Shown: one piece after another, positions 52,317-62,132 of the stretch
Numbering within the stretch: the first letter of the stretch is position 1
How the letters are laid out: each line of letters opens with the position of its first letter
DNA from: Terracidiphilus sp.
GTDB lineage: Bacteria > Acidobacteriota > Terriglobia > Terriglobales > Acidobacteriaceae
Assembly (NCBI GenBank): GCA_036520995.1
Contig: DATDIQ010000025.1
Location: 42,149 to 106,148, forward strand
DNA: 64,000 nucleotides
Direction of reading: 5' to 3'
Translations under genes and position numbers: made by a program
The notes under the pieces: model-generated
The model's database searches: none
The model's input: the letters and a program-made list of their open reading frames with translations, nothing else
What the model was told of the DNA's origin: nothing

Positions 52317-53101
52317 GCGCTACTCTCGCAAAATCCATGCGCGAGCGCGGTGCGTTTCTGCAAGTCGCGCAGGACTTCGAGTTCTTGGGCCGTGGGAGGA
52401 GCGGTCACTGCACAATCGGCGGCAAAGCGGATCGACCAGCCTGTTTTTCTGTGGATGGTTTCGCGGGTGACGCCGGGATGGATGCTGCGGACGATGAATT
52501 CGTTCGATTCGGGCTCGGGCCGGAGAATGCAGAGGTCAGTGAGGATGGCAACTGGGCCGCGGCCGGGCATGCCGCTGCGCTGACGCGCATCGCCGCCGGT
52601 GAGGAAGCCGGCGGAGGTGATGAAGTCAAGTTTCTCGACGAAGGTGCGTTCGGATTGTTTGATGATGATCAGCACTTCTTTGGCGAGGGCGCTGATTTCG
52701 GGCGCGCCGCCGGCGCCGGGCAGCCGGACTTTGGGCTGATGGTAGTCCCCTACGACCGTGGTGTTGATGTTGGCGAAGCGATCGATCTGTGCGGCGCCAA
52801 GAAAGCCGACGTCGACTCGGCCGCCCTGCAGCCAGTAACGAAAAATCTCCGGAGTGGAGACGACCGTGTCAGCGGTTTCGGCCAGGTTGCCGTCGCCGAT
52901 GGAAAGCGGCAACACAGACGGCTTGGCGCCGATGGGACCGGACTCGTAGACCAGGACGGCGTCGGGAGCATGGGTGAGGCGTGCGAGATTGGCAGCCGTC
53001 GACGGGAGCCCGATACCGACGAAACAGACTTGTCCGTTCCGCAGCATACGCGCCGCGGAAACGGTCATCATCTCATCGCTTGTGTAGGGAGCAGGAGTCA
53101 T
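52313..53101 (-). CDS. pcaJ: 3-oxoadipate CoA-transferase subunit B
   Basis: 262 aa, CoA-transferase family I beta subunit (ESGPIG active-site Glu region). Coupled to the A subunit. Confidence 0.85.
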   Translation of the reverse strand: MTPAPYTSDEMMTVSAARMLRNGQVCFVGIGLPSTAANLARLTHAPDAVLVYESGPIGAKPSVLPLSIGDGNLAETADTVVSTPEIFRYWLQGGRVDVGFLGAAQIDRFANINTTVVGDYHQPKVRLPGAGGAPEISALAKEVLIIIKQSERTFVEKLDFITSAGFLTGGDARQRSGMPGRGPVAILTDLCILRPEPESNEFIVRSIHPGVTRETIHRKTGWSIRFAADCAVTAPPTAQELEVLRDLQKRTALAHGFCESSA

Positions 53102-54042
53102 TGAGAGGCCGCCTGCCTGGGCGATTCGTTGAGGACGCTCAGGAACTCAGCGAAATCACGGGTGTCGAGCACATGCTGTTTGATCCATGCGCAGAATGTT
53201 TCGCGGTCGCGGGAGATTGTGTCCCAGCGACGATAGAAGGCATTGTCGCGTTCGTAGTAGCCCAGAGCGTAGGAGGGCGTGGCGCCGCGCGGCACGAGAC
53301 AGACAGCGCTCACGACCCAATGGGGCAGCACGCAGGCATTCGGCGGGGCGTCAAGCGCATCGACGCGCTCTTCGACGGTGACGATGGAACGTTTGGCGGC
53401 GAGAACTGCTTCTTTCTGCACGCCTAGGATGCCCCAAAGCAGGATGTTGCCTTTGCAGTCGGCCTTTTGGGCGTGAATGACGGCGACATCGGGACGGATG
53501 GCCGGCGTAGCAGCAAGTTGTTCGCCGGTGAAGGGGCATTGGACGCTGCGAATGTGGTCGCTCACACGCGGCAAATCGGAACCAGCGTATCCGCGGAAGA
53601 CAGCGAAGGGGAGATTGGCCGCGCCGGCGACGTAGGCATTGGCCAGATCGCTGTGGCTGCGCTCTTCGATGGCGAGCGGAGCAGGCCAGACATGCTCCAC
53701 CGCATCGCGAAAGCGATGGAGCGAGCCGACGCCGGGATTACCGCCCCAGGAAAAGGTGAGCTTTGAAGCGCAGCCCGCGCCGATCATCTGATCGTAGAGA
53801 AGGTCGGGCGTCATGCGAACGAGGGCGAGATTGCGGCGGCGCTGGCGGATGATTTCATGGCCGGCGGCGAAGGGGATGAGGTGGGTAAATCCCTCGAGCG
53901 CCAGGCAATCGCCGTCGCGGACGAGGGAGGATACGGCTTCGGAGAGGGAGAGCCACTGCGCCATGAGAGAACATATCGGTACAACCGACTGGCCCATTAT
54001 GGGGCCTTGTCCGATTTTAGGCAACTTGTGCGATATACGCAC
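53098..54042 (-). CDS. pcaI: 3-oxoadipate CoA-transferase subunit A (glutaconate-CoA-transferase-like)
   Basis: CoA-transferase alpha subunit similarity. Start uncertain: GTG at 54042, or ATG at 53997 or 53964 (both ATGs checked). Confidence 0.8.
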   Translation of the reverse strand: MRISHKLPKIGQGPIMGQSVVPICSLMAQWLSLSEAVSSLVRDGDCLALEGFTHLIPFAAGHEIIRQRRRNLALVRMTPDLLYDQMIGAGCASKLTFSWGGNPGVGSLHRFRDAVEHVWPAPLAIEERSHSDLANAYVAGAANLPFAVFRGYAGSDLPRVSDHIRSVQCPFTGEQLAATPAIRPDVAVIHAQKADCKGNILLWGILGVQKEAVLAAKRSIVTVEERVDALDAPPNACVLPHWVVSAVCLVPRGATPSYALGYYERDNAFYRRWDTISRDRETFCAWIKQHVLDTRDFAEFLSVLNESPRQAASQ

Positions 54043-54080
54043 ATTTGCGAGATCACTTGGAGCTGGACGCCGCGCGGGTT

Positions 54081-54941
54081 CTAGACCAGTACGGAACCCA
54101 GAGCGCGGGCGTTTTCCTGCAGGATCGGGAGATGGCGGTGGATCATTTCCGCGGCCGAGACACGCGCGGCGTGAACGCCAATGTTCATGGCGGCGAGAAC
54201 GCGTCCACTTCGCGATTGGACCGGCACCGCGATGGAGCGGAGACCGAGTTCGAGTTCTTCATCGGTGAGAGCGAAGCCGTCGGCACGAATGCGAACGACG
54301 ATTTCGCGGAGCAGTTTCTTGTCGGTGATGGTCTTGGGCGTCAGCGGCTGGACCTGGGCGTTATTGAGATAGGCATTGAGCTGATCTTCAGACATGGCGG
54401 CGAGAAGAATGCGGCCCATCGACGTGCAATAGGCGGGGAGCCGGCTGCCGACGGAGAGACCGACAGACATGATGCGCTTGGAGGCGGAACGGGCGACGTA
54501 AACGATCTCGTCACCTTCAAGCAGGGACAGCGAACTGGATTCATGCACCGTATCGGTGACGCGCTCGAGGACCGGCTGGGCGAGCGTGGGCAGCGAAGCC
54601 GAAGAGAGATAAGAGAAACCGAGGCGTAGCACGCGCGTAGTGAGTCGATAGATGGGGCCGACGGACTCGGTGTATCCGAGGACCTGCAAGGTTTTGAGAG
54701 AGCGCCGCACGGCAGCACGCGAGAGGCCGGTAACACGCGCGACTTCAGCGACGGAGCGACCGCCGGTGTGGCCTTCAAAGGCTTCGATGACGCGCAGGCC
54801 GCGCGCCAGGGATAGGACAAAGTCGGGGTCGCCTTCGAATTGTTTGAAGGAGGCGCTGCCTGTGATTTGGGCGATTTCCTGTTCGCCTGCGGAGGCTTGT
54901 GGGGAGCTTCCATTCGAGCTTGCAGATTCCGCTGATCGCAT
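54081..54941 (-). CDS. pcaR: IclR-family transcriptional regulator (PcaR/PcaU-like by context)
   Basis: 286 aa. N-terminal wHTH (SLARGLRVIEAF...SVAEVARVTGLSRAAVRRSLKTL) and an IclR effector domain. Lies at the head of the pca cluster. Confidence 0.85.
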   Translation of the reverse strand: MRSAESASSNGSSPQASAGEQEIAQITGSASFKQFEGDPDFVLSLARGLRVIEAFEGHTGGRSVAEVARVTGLSRAAVRRSLKTLQVLGYTESVGPIYRLTTRVLRLGFSYLSSASLPTLAQPVLERVTDTVHESSSLSLLEGDEIVYVARSASKRIMSVGLSVGSRLPAYCTSMGRILLAAMSEDQLNAYLNNAQVQPLTPKTITDKKLLREIVVRIRADGFALTDEELELGLRSIAVPVQSRSGRVLAAMNIGVHAARVSAAEMIHRHLPILQENARALGSVLV

Positions 54942-55178
54942 ATTCGCTCGATTATCGCACGAGGGAGTGCAGAGCGCGCAAGTCAGCTGAGCGGGAGCTG
55001 GCCGATTTCCGGCGGCAGAAAAATGAAACGAAGGGGGGACTCATATCTCTGTTGCGCAGCTGGAAGTCATGCGTTGACACTTGTTGCCTTCCGAAGCATT
55101 TTTCAGAAGGCTCTGAAGCCGACCGTTTCCCAGGCGCGACGAGGTAACTGCACGCAGGGGCGAGTGCCTTTGCATTAT

Positions 55179-55194
55179 CTTAAGAATTGTTAAG
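55179..55194. promoter_or_regulatory. palindromic operator-like site CTTAAGAATTGTTAAG upstream of the OmpR/CpxR-like RR gene
   Basis: 15/16 identical to the perfect palindrome at 57323-57338. It lies 42 nt upstream of the RR ORF start. Confidence 0.4.
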
Positions 55195-55235
55195 CGGCGG
55201 TGGAAACCCGCGGTTTGGTGCGAGACTGAAGGGCC

Positions 55236-55964
55236 GTGGGAACGTACGTACCGAGTGTGGAGATCGAGATCGCGGAGCGGCTGAAACATCTGTCGTTGCT
55301 GCTGGTGGACGATGATGCCGAGTTGTGCGGCATGATGCGTGAGTTTTTCGCCGAGGCCGGGCACAAACTCGACACAACTTTCAACGGGCGCGAAGGGTTG
55401 GCCCAGGCGCTGCGCGGGGGCTACGACCTGATGATTCTGGACGTGATGCTTCCGGGGATCGACGGCTTTGCGGTGCTCGACCAGGTACGAAGAAAAAAGG
55501 ATCTGCCGGTCATCATGCTGACGGCGCGGGTACAGAAACAGGATCGTATTCTGGGCTTGAATCGTGGCGCGGACGATTATCTGCCGAAGCCCTTTGACCC
55601 GGACGAGTTACTGGCGCGGATCTTTGCCGTGCTGCGGCGCACAGAAGCGCCGATGCTGCCGCTTGAGTCCGCAGTTTCATTCGGCAGCATCGAGGTGAAT
55701 GTGGCGACGCGCGAAGTACTGAGCGGCGGCGCGGCGGTTGAGTTGACGGCAATGGAGTTTGACTTGCTCGAGTTGCTGATACGATCGGCGGGCCACGTGG
55801 TATCGCGCGATGAAATCACGGCGGTGCTTTTCGAACGGGAGGCGACGGCCTATGATCGCTTCCTCGATGTGCACATCAGCCATCTGCGCAAGAAACTGGC
55901 CGGAGGGCGAAACCTGATTCGCACGGTGCGCGGGGTCGGATATGTCTTTACGGGAACGCATTAA
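55236..55964 (+). CDS. OmpR-family response regulator (CpxR-like)
   Basis: Receiver (LLLVDDDAELC...DLMILDVMLPGIDG...IMLTAR...KPF) plus a winged helix (VELTAMEFDLLELL...LDVHISHLRKKL...TVRGVGYVF). GTG start (55236 or 55257). Confidence 0.9.
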   Translation: MGTYVPSVEIEIAERLKHLSLLLVDDDAELCGMMREFFAEAGHKLDTTFNGREGLAQALRGGYDLMILDVMLPGIDGFAVLDQVRRKKDLPVIMLTARVQKQDRILGLNRGADDYLPKPFDPDELLARIFAVLRRTEAPMLPLESAVSFGSIEVNVATREVLSGGAAVELTAMEFDLLELLIRSAGHVVSRDEITAVLFEREATAYDRFLDVHISHLRKKLAGGRNLIRTVRGVGYVFTGTH

Positions 55965-57309
55965 GACTTCTTCGAGCCAGTCGCTCTGGCTGGGAGTGCT
56001 GGTGGCGATGGTATGCACGCTGTCGCTCTCGTTTCTGGCCTTTCAGCTGATTGCAGACCGCGTGCAACGGATCCAGATCGATCCGACCTTTAACAAGTTT
56101 GACGAATTGCAGCTGGAGAGCGCGCGCACGGCCTTTGAGCATCGCGGAGGCGCGGGGCTGCGCGACTACCTGACAAACCTGGATCGCATCTTTGGCGGCT
56201 CGCACTATCTGCTGGACGGGTCGGGAAAGGACGTGGTCGCAGGAACGAATCGGTCGAGTCTTCTGCCGCCTCCGCCGGCTGTACTGTGGCGGGTGCGCGC
56301 GCATGGGCGCTGGACGATCGCGCATCGCTCGGCCGATGGGCAGTATTGGTTTGCGGCCGAGGGCCAGCTCAACCGGTTGCACGTGTGGACGTTTCTTCCC
56401 TACTACTTTCTTGTGATCGGCGCGACGGGTCTGCTGTGCTGGCTCGCGTCGGTAGGAGTGGTGTTGCCAATTCGGCGCATCGCCGGAACGATTGCGCTGT
56501 TCGGGCAGGGCGACTTGACGGCGCGCGTAAGGACGAAGCGCAAAGACGAGATTGGGCAGCTGGGACGCTCATTTAATGAGATGGCGGAGCGGCTGGAACG
56601 TCTGATTGTGAGTGAGCGACGGCTGCTGGGAGACATTTCGCACGAGCTGCGCTCGCCGCTGGCGCGTTTGAAGTTTGCCGTAAAGCTCGCGCGCACGTCG
56701 CAGGACAATCGCGCGGCGCTCGACCGGATTGAGCGCGATGTAAACCGCATCACATCGCTGGTGGCCGATATTGTGGAAATCACCTTCATCGAGGGCGATG
56801 CCGCGGTGCAGGACACGGAGATAGTGCGCGCGGGCGAGATCCTCGACGAAGTGGTGCAGGATTGTTCGCTCGAAGCACAGTTTCGCGAATGCAGCATCGA
56901 CGTAAGCGGTGCAATGCACGGCGAAGTGATGGGCAGCCGCGAATTGTTGCGCCGGGCAATTGAAAATGTGCTGCGCAATGGGATCCGGTATGCGCCGAAG
57001 CACTCGGCGATTCGCTTGACGATCACCGAGGACGAGCGCGAGGCGACGATTGCGGTCCGCGATTACGGTCCTGGTGTGCCGGAAGAGGCCTTGTCGCGCA
57101 TCTTCGATCCATTCTTTCGCGTGGAAGAAGCGCGCGATGCAAACAGCGGTGGATCGGGAATGGGTTTGTCGATTGCGAAGCGGGCAGTGCAACTGCATCA
57201 TGGGACGATTGAGGCAGAAAATGCACATCCGGGACTGCGTGTGCAGATCACGATTCCCATTTCGGAACAAGGCAGTGTTGCGTTTGCACAAGTTAGCGCG
57301 AAGAACTAA
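55942..57309 (+). CDS. membrane sensor histidine kinase (HAMP-HisKA-HATPase; CpxA-like architecture)
   Basis: 455 aa with two TM segments, a HAMP domain, H-box DISHELRSPLARL and an ATPase domain (RDYGPGVP...GGSGMGLSIAKRAV). The ATG overlaps the RR gene by 23 nt. Confidence 0.9.
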   Translation: MSLRERIKTSSSQSLWLGVLVAMVCTLSLSFLAFQLIADRVQRIQIDPTFNKFDELQLESARTAFEHRGGAGLRDYLTNLDRIFGGSHYLLDGSGKDVVAGTNRSSLLPPPPAVLWRVRAHGRWTIAHRSADGQYWFAAEGQLNRLHVWTFLPYYFLVIGATGLLCWLASVGVVLPIRRIAGTIALFGQGDLTARVRTKRKDEIGQLGRSFNEMAERLERLIVSERRLLGDISHELRSPLARLKFAVKLARTSQDNRAALDRIERDVNRITSLVADIVEITFIEGDAAVQDTEIVRAGEILDEVVQDCSLEAQFRECSIDVSGAMHGEVMGSRELLRRAIENVLRNGIRYAPKHSAIRLTITEDEREATIAVRDYGPGVPEEALSRIFDPFFRVEEARDANSGGSGMGLSIAKRAVQLHHGTIEAENAHPGLRVQITIPISEQGSVAFAQVSAKN

Positions 57310-57322
57310 TCGAAGACGAGGC

Positions 57323-57338
57323 CTTAAGAATTCTTAAG
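57323..57338. promoter_or_regulatory. perfect 16-bp palindrome CTTAAGAATTCTTAAG upstream of the small secreted protein gene
   Basis: Perfect inverted repeat. It can also be read as a CTTAAG direct repeat with 10-bp periodicity. It lies 83 nt upstream of the GTG at 57421. Confidence 0.4.
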
Positions 57339-57420
57339 CTTCAAATACTCGACAAGCGAATCCAATGGAGGTGATGCCTCAGCCAGTCGTTGGAGCAAAG
57401 AGGCATCCCAGGAGATACAC

Positions 57421-57768
57421 GTGAAGCGCTTCTTTGGATTCGCAATTCTACTTGCATCGCTTTCGGTTCCCGCGTTCGCAGCCAAGAATTCGCAAAGCAT
57501 TTCGATTACCGGCCCGGTGACGGTTGGAGCAACGCAGCTTCCGGCCGGCAACTACAAGGTGAGCTGGACAGGCATCGGTTCGAATGCACAGGTTACGATC
57601 GCCGAGAAAGGCAAGGCCTCTGTCACGGTCCCTGCCAAGGTTGTGGAAGCGAAGAACGGGCACATTGCCGTGCTCACGAACAAGGTGAACGGCAGCGCCA
57701 TTCTTGAAACCATCCAGTTAAACGATCTGACAATCGAGCTCACCGGCGCAACATCTGCCGGAGAGTGA
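57421..57768 (+). CDS. small secreted hypothetical protein
   Basis: 115 aa. Signal peptide MKRFFGFAILLASLSVPAFA and a beta-rich mature part. GTG start with an AGGAG Shine-Dalgarno. Confidence 0.55.
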   Translation: MKRFFGFAILLASLSVPAFAAKNSQSISITGPVTVGATQLPAGNYKVSWTGIGSNAQVTIAEKGKASVTVPAKVVEAKNGHIAVLTNKVNGSAILETIQLNDLTIELTGATSAGE

Positions 57769-57880
57769 GCGAGGAGCCGCAGGAAAATTCCTCTCACGAC
57801 AGAGGATGAGAAGCGCGATTCGGCTGTTTGCGATCGTGCATCTTTGAGAAAGCTTGTGCTTTGAGTCCCTTCCTTTTCAA

Positions 57881-57914
57881 CCCCCATCCCACTGTGGATG
57901 GGGGCTCTTTTTTC
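57881..57914 (+). terminator. rho-independent terminator
   Basis: 9-bp stem CCCCCATCC / GGATGGGGG with a 6-nt loop, followed by CTCTTTTTTC. It lies between convergent genes. Confidence 0.6.
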
Positions 57915-58003
57915 GGCTGAGAGACGGTCGGCGTGGGACGCGCGGCGAAGACACGCTTGGAGCGCAGAGCGGCGCCCGACGTTGACAACCCGTTTTTTGC
58001 GCT

Positions 58004-60076
58004 TCACCAGACGCGGCAACGATTTGCATGCACCATGGGTTGCCCCGCTTTGCACTGGAAGGCCTGCTGGAACTCGGGCATGTTGGCGAGCACGTTATTC
58101 ACGCGCAGCACGGGCATGGAGTGCGGATCGGTTTTCACCAGGGTCTGTGCGAATTGCGGCCGCAGCGTATCGCACCACGCGGTTCCATAGGCGATGAAAA
58201 AGCGCTGCAGATTGGTGAAGCCATGCTCGTCTTTGTCCTGCAGTGATTTGCCGTGCTGCTTGAGGTCGGCAGCAAGCGCGGAGAGCGCGAGATAGATGCC
58301 GCCATTGTCGGCTGTGTCTTCTCCCTGAGTCAGCTTCCCATTCTGTTCCACGCCGGCCATGCCGGGTACGGGCACGGTGTATTCCTTGGAAACGCAGGCG
58401 CCGCGTTCGTCGTATTGCTTTGCGTCTTCGGGGGTCCACCAGTCGCGCAGGTTGCCTTTGAGGTCAAATTTGCGACCCTGATCGTCGAAGCCATGGGTGA
58501 GTTCGTGGCCGATGATCGCCCCTTCTGCTCCATAGTTCATCACGTCGTCGGTATGGGAATCGAAGAAGACCGGCTGCAGCATGCCTGCGGGGAAGTTGAT
58601 GGTGTTTGTCTGCGGATCCTCGTAGGCATTCACCGTGGGCGGCGTCATCTGCCACTGGGTGCGGTCGAGGGGCTTGCCGATAAAGGCGATTTGCCGCGCA
58701 AGTTCGAAAGCCGTGGAGCGCTCGACGTTCATGGGGTAGCTCTCGCGGTTGATGGAAAGCGTGCTGTAGTCAATCCATTTGTCGGGATAGCCGATTTTGT
58801 TGATGACGGCGTCGAGTTTCAGATGGGCTTCTTTCTTGGTGGCGGGCTGCATCCAGGTGACAGAATCGATGTCGCGCCCCATCGCGGACTCGATGTCGCG
58901 CACCATCTTGAGGGCGCGCGCTTTGCTTTCCGGTGGAAAGACCTGTGCGACGTAAACCTGGCCGAGGGCTTCGCCGATGTTTGCATCGACGGCGCCCGTG
59001 CAGCGACGCCAATCGGGGGGCTGTTTGCCCTGCCCCGTCAGCGTGCTGGTAAAGGCGAAGGCGGCGTCACGCCAGGTGTCCCCGAGGGTCGGCGTGGCCG
59101 ACAAGAGCAGGTGCCAGCGGAGATAGAGCTTCCAGGTGGCGAGGTCCTCCTGTCCCAGAAGCTTGTTGACCTCGCGGAAGAAGTCGGGCGAGGAAACTTC
59201 GTAGAGAGGAACGGCGGGCGCGCCCATGGCGGTGAGATAGCTGTCCCAATCAAAGGCCGGAGCAAGAGCCTTGAGCTGGGCGATCGTGAGACGATTGTTG
59301 ATCTTTTCAGGATCGCGACGCGTCACGTTGTCCATTTGCGCCTGCGCCAGTGCGGTCTCGAAGCGCAGGATCGTGGTCGCATCCCGATCGGCGTCGGCAT
59401 CGCTCGATCCATCGAGATCGAGAAGCGAGACGATGAGGGCGTGGTATTTCTCGCGAATGGCCTTGGTCTTGGCGTCGTCGCCCAGATAGAAGTCGCGATT
59501 GGGCATGCCAAGGCCGCCCTGATCTAAGCCGGCGACCACCTGACTCACGTCGTTGAAGTCGGGTGTGGGACCAAAGCCCAGCAGTGCGCCGGGAGTCTGG
59601 TTTTCATCGCCCACCCATGCCGCGCCGAACGAACTGTGGATCATGGCCAGCACGCCGGCGATTTCGCGCTTGTCGCGCATGCCCTCAATGCGGCCGAGGA
59701 GCGGCTTGATGGCATCGAGATCGTTGGCCTTCGATGAAGCCTGGGTCATGCAGCTCGCATAGAAGTCGCCAATCTTTTGCTCGTTGGGAGAGCGCGAAGC
59801 GTTGGAGCCTTCGTTCTTTTCCAGGATCTGCCGCAAGATTTCGCGATTCCACTCGACAAGCTGGCCGGCGACACCCCAATACACCTGGTCCGGGGGCATG
59901 GGGTCTTCTTTGTTGAGGCGCGTACAGGCGTACTCGTAGAAGTTGTCGCAGGGATTGAGGGCTGCATCGACATTTGTTGTGTCGGAGTGGTGGAGCTGAA
60001 TGGGCGGCGGAGAAGTCTGCGCCGCGCTGTAGATTGCGGAAACAGCCGAGAGTAAGAGAGCGAATCGAATCTTCAT
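58004..60076 (-). CDS. M13-family zinc metallopeptidase (PepO/endothelin-converting-enzyme-like)
   Basis: 690 aa with a signal peptide. HELTHGFDDQG zinc motif and the C-terminal ...NRCRVW typical of M13. Confidence 0.92.
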   Translation of the reverse strand: MKIRFALLLSAVSAIYSAAQTSPPPIQLHHSDTTNVDAALNPCDNFYEYACTRLNKEDPMPPDQVYWGVAGQLVEWNREILRQILEKNEGSNASRSPNEQKIGDFYASCMTQASSKANDLDAIKPLLGRIEGMRDKREIAGVLAMIHSSFGAAWVGDENQTPGALLGFGPTPDFNDVSQVVAGLDQGGLGMPNRDFYLGDDAKTKAIREKYHALIVSLLDLDGSSDADADRDATTILRFETALAQAQMDNVTRRDPEKINNRLTIAQLKALAPAFDWDSYLTAMGAPAVPLYEVSSPDFFREVNKLLGQEDLATWKLYLRWHLLLSATPTLGDTWRDAAFAFTSTLTGQGKQPPDWRRCTGAVDANIGEALGQVYVAQVFPPESKARALKMVRDIESAMGRDIDSVTWMQPATKKEAHLKLDAVINKIGYPDKWIDYSTLSINRESYPMNVERSTAFELARQIAFIGKPLDRTQWQMTPPTVNAYEDPQTNTINFPAGMLQPVFFDSHTDDVMNYGAEGAIIGHELTHGFDDQGRKFDLKGNLRDWWTPEDAKQYDERGACVSKEYTVPVPGMAGVEQNGKLTQGEDTADNGGIYLALSALAADLKQHGKSLQDKDEHGFTNLQRFFIAYGTAWCDTLRPQFAQTLVKTDPHSMPVLRVNNVLANMPEFQQAFQCKAGQPMVHANRCRVW

Positions 60077-60373
60077 CAGGATCTCCTGTCAAAGACAAAC
60101 TCTGCCTGGCGCACAAGGACACGCCGGCGCGTCTCCGCGGGACTCGCAAGGCGGCGCCCGGCGGATGGCCGTAAACAAGAAAGCCTAATGCAAGGGGGTG
60201 GCGTTGTGTAAGTCAAGAGTGACGGAATTCTGCCCAGGGTTGACGTGTGCTGCCTGGCGCCAGACGAGCGGTTTGTTGACGAGGGCTGAAATCATCCGGC
60301 GCGAACGCGGAGGCTGCATTGGCTTTGACTGCGTCCTTCGATAGAACGCGAACGAAGCGCGGGAGCGAGGCGG

Positions 60374-61807
60374 TCACGCCCCCGTCTGCTTGGAGCGCGC
60401 TCCGCGCCAATAAAGGATAAGGCCAAGCAGGATGGAGGCGAGCGTGCCGCCGACAAGCTTGAGCTCAAAGCCGAGCTTGCTAGTGGAATCGCCGGGCGGA
60501 ACGAGCGAGACGAAGATGCCGATGAGCACGACGATGAAGCCGAGGCCGCCGGCGATCCAGACACCGGGCAAGCCGCCGGGGACCAGGATGGCGTGCGCAT
60601 TCTGACGGCGATCGCGGCGGTAGGCGAGCTTGATGACGGCAGCGAACATGTAGAGGAACGGAATGAAGTAGAGGATGATAGCCGCGTCGATCAGAAACTG
60701 ATAGGCGCCGCGCGTCGAGTCGTTAATCTGCGAGACGAGCAGGATGCCGCCCGAGGCAATGGCCTGGACGAGGATGGAAACGTAAGGCGTCTTCCAGCGC
60801 GGATGAATCTTGCCGAAGGCCGCGGGCAGATAGCGGTCGATGCCCACGACAAAGGGAACGCGCGCGATGCCGGCCACGGTGCTGCCGACGCCGCCGGCGT
60901 TGCCCACCGTGACTAGGACGGCGGCGAGGACGCCGAGAAAGCCGATGCGCACGGCCACCGAGCCGACCGTGATGGCGTGGAAGACGCCGCTTTGCGGATC
61001 GAGGTCGGCGGCGGGCACGAGGGCGAGGATTGCGAAGGTGCCGGCGATGTACATGAAGGCGATGAGAGCCCCGGAGGCGAAGACCGCGCGCGGCAGCGTA
61101 CGGCGCGGATCGCGCACTTCTTCGCTCATGGCAGAGACAAGCTCGAGGCCGGTGAAAGCGAAGGCGATCTGCGACCAGAAATTGACGGTGTCCCAGTTCC
61201 AAGTGGGCAGCATGTTGACGCGGGTGAAGTGGGTCGCGGAGCCATGCGAGAGAGCGATGACAAGGGCGACGCCGCCGAGAATGAGAAGCGGGAGATAGGT
61301 GCCGACGCCGCCTGCGTTCTGCAGCCACTTGCCGATGTTGAGGCCGATGATGTTGAGCAGCACGGCCACGAGCAGCATGACAAGCGAGACGGTGAGGAGG
61401 AATGTGCGGTCCTGGGCGAGTTCTGAGCCGCGGCCGCCGACGATGTAGGCGCTCATGGAGGCGCTGGCCAGCAGCAGGCCCGGGAAGTAGAAGACGGTGT
61501 AGATCCAGTAGGTCCAACCGGCGATGAAGCCATGGAAGTCGCCGAAGGCCTCGCGGGACCAGACGTAGAGGCCGCCCTCCACAGGGAACCGAGACGAAAG
61601 TTCGTTGATGACCAGCGCACCGGGAACGAAGAAGAAGACCGCAGCGAGGACCCAGAGGCTAACAGAGGAAGTGCCATTATGGCCGGCGGCGGCGATCCAG
61701 CGCGGGCCAAGGACGGTGGCGATATTGAAGAGCAGCACATCCCAGAAGCCCATCGTCTTGCGCAATTGCGCTTTGGAGTCGGGCGAAGGAGGGGTCGGAA
61801 AGGTCAT
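60374..61807 (-). CDS. APC-superfamily amino acid permease
   Basis: 477 aa with about 12 TM helices and APC-type N-terminal motifs. ATG checked. Confidence 0.88.
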   Translation of the reverse strand: MTFPTPPSPDSKAQLRKTMGFWDVLLFNIATVLGPRWIAAAGHNGTSSVSLWVLAAVFFFVPGALVINELSSRFPVEGGLYVWSREAFGDFHGFIAGWTYWIYTVFYFPGLLLASASMSAYIVGGRGSELAQDRTFLLTVSLVMLLVAVLLNIIGLNIGKWLQNAGGVGTYLPLLILGGVALVIALSHGSATHFTRVNMLPTWNWDTVNFWSQIAFAFTGLELVSAMSEEVRDPRRTLPRAVFASGALIAFMYIAGTFAILALVPAADLDPQSGVFHAITVGSVAVRIGFLGVLAAVLVTVGNAGGVGSTVAGIARVPFVVGIDRYLPAAFGKIHPRWKTPYVSILVQAIASGGILLVSQINDSTRGAYQFLIDAAIILYFIPFLYMFAAVIKLAYRRDRRQNAHAILVPGGLPGVWIAGGLGFIVVLIGIFVSLVPPGDSTSKLGFELKLVGGTLASILLGLILYWRGARSKQTGA

Positions 61808-62132
61808 GGAGCCGGCGGAAGTCTCGAGCGAATTCGGAAGGTCTCAAGCAGCATAACGGATTGCGAGCCAGCGGGTCAGCGGGTCAGCGGGTGGGCGAGT
61901 CAGCAAGTTGTCGGCTGGCAGCGGCAAGCGAGTTTGCGGGGGATCGGACGGATGTTTGCCTGAGGAGAAGCGTTGCCGAATGCTTCGCCTGGGATCGGGA
62001 TCGGCACCGTGCTTCCACACAGGGCGCCGATCGATCTTTGGAGGTATTTCTACGATCTACAGCCTGCACTTCCCCAGCGCCGAAGCACCCACAATAGGTG
62101 GGGCTGGAAGGAGGGCAGCGAAGCCTTGTGTC

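Noticed and set aside
61869-61892. Three tandem copies of CAGCGGGT upstream of the permease gene
   Set aside because: This is a very short microsatellite-like repeat in GC-rich intergenic DNA. It has no symmetry, no second copy and no obvious link to a regulator.
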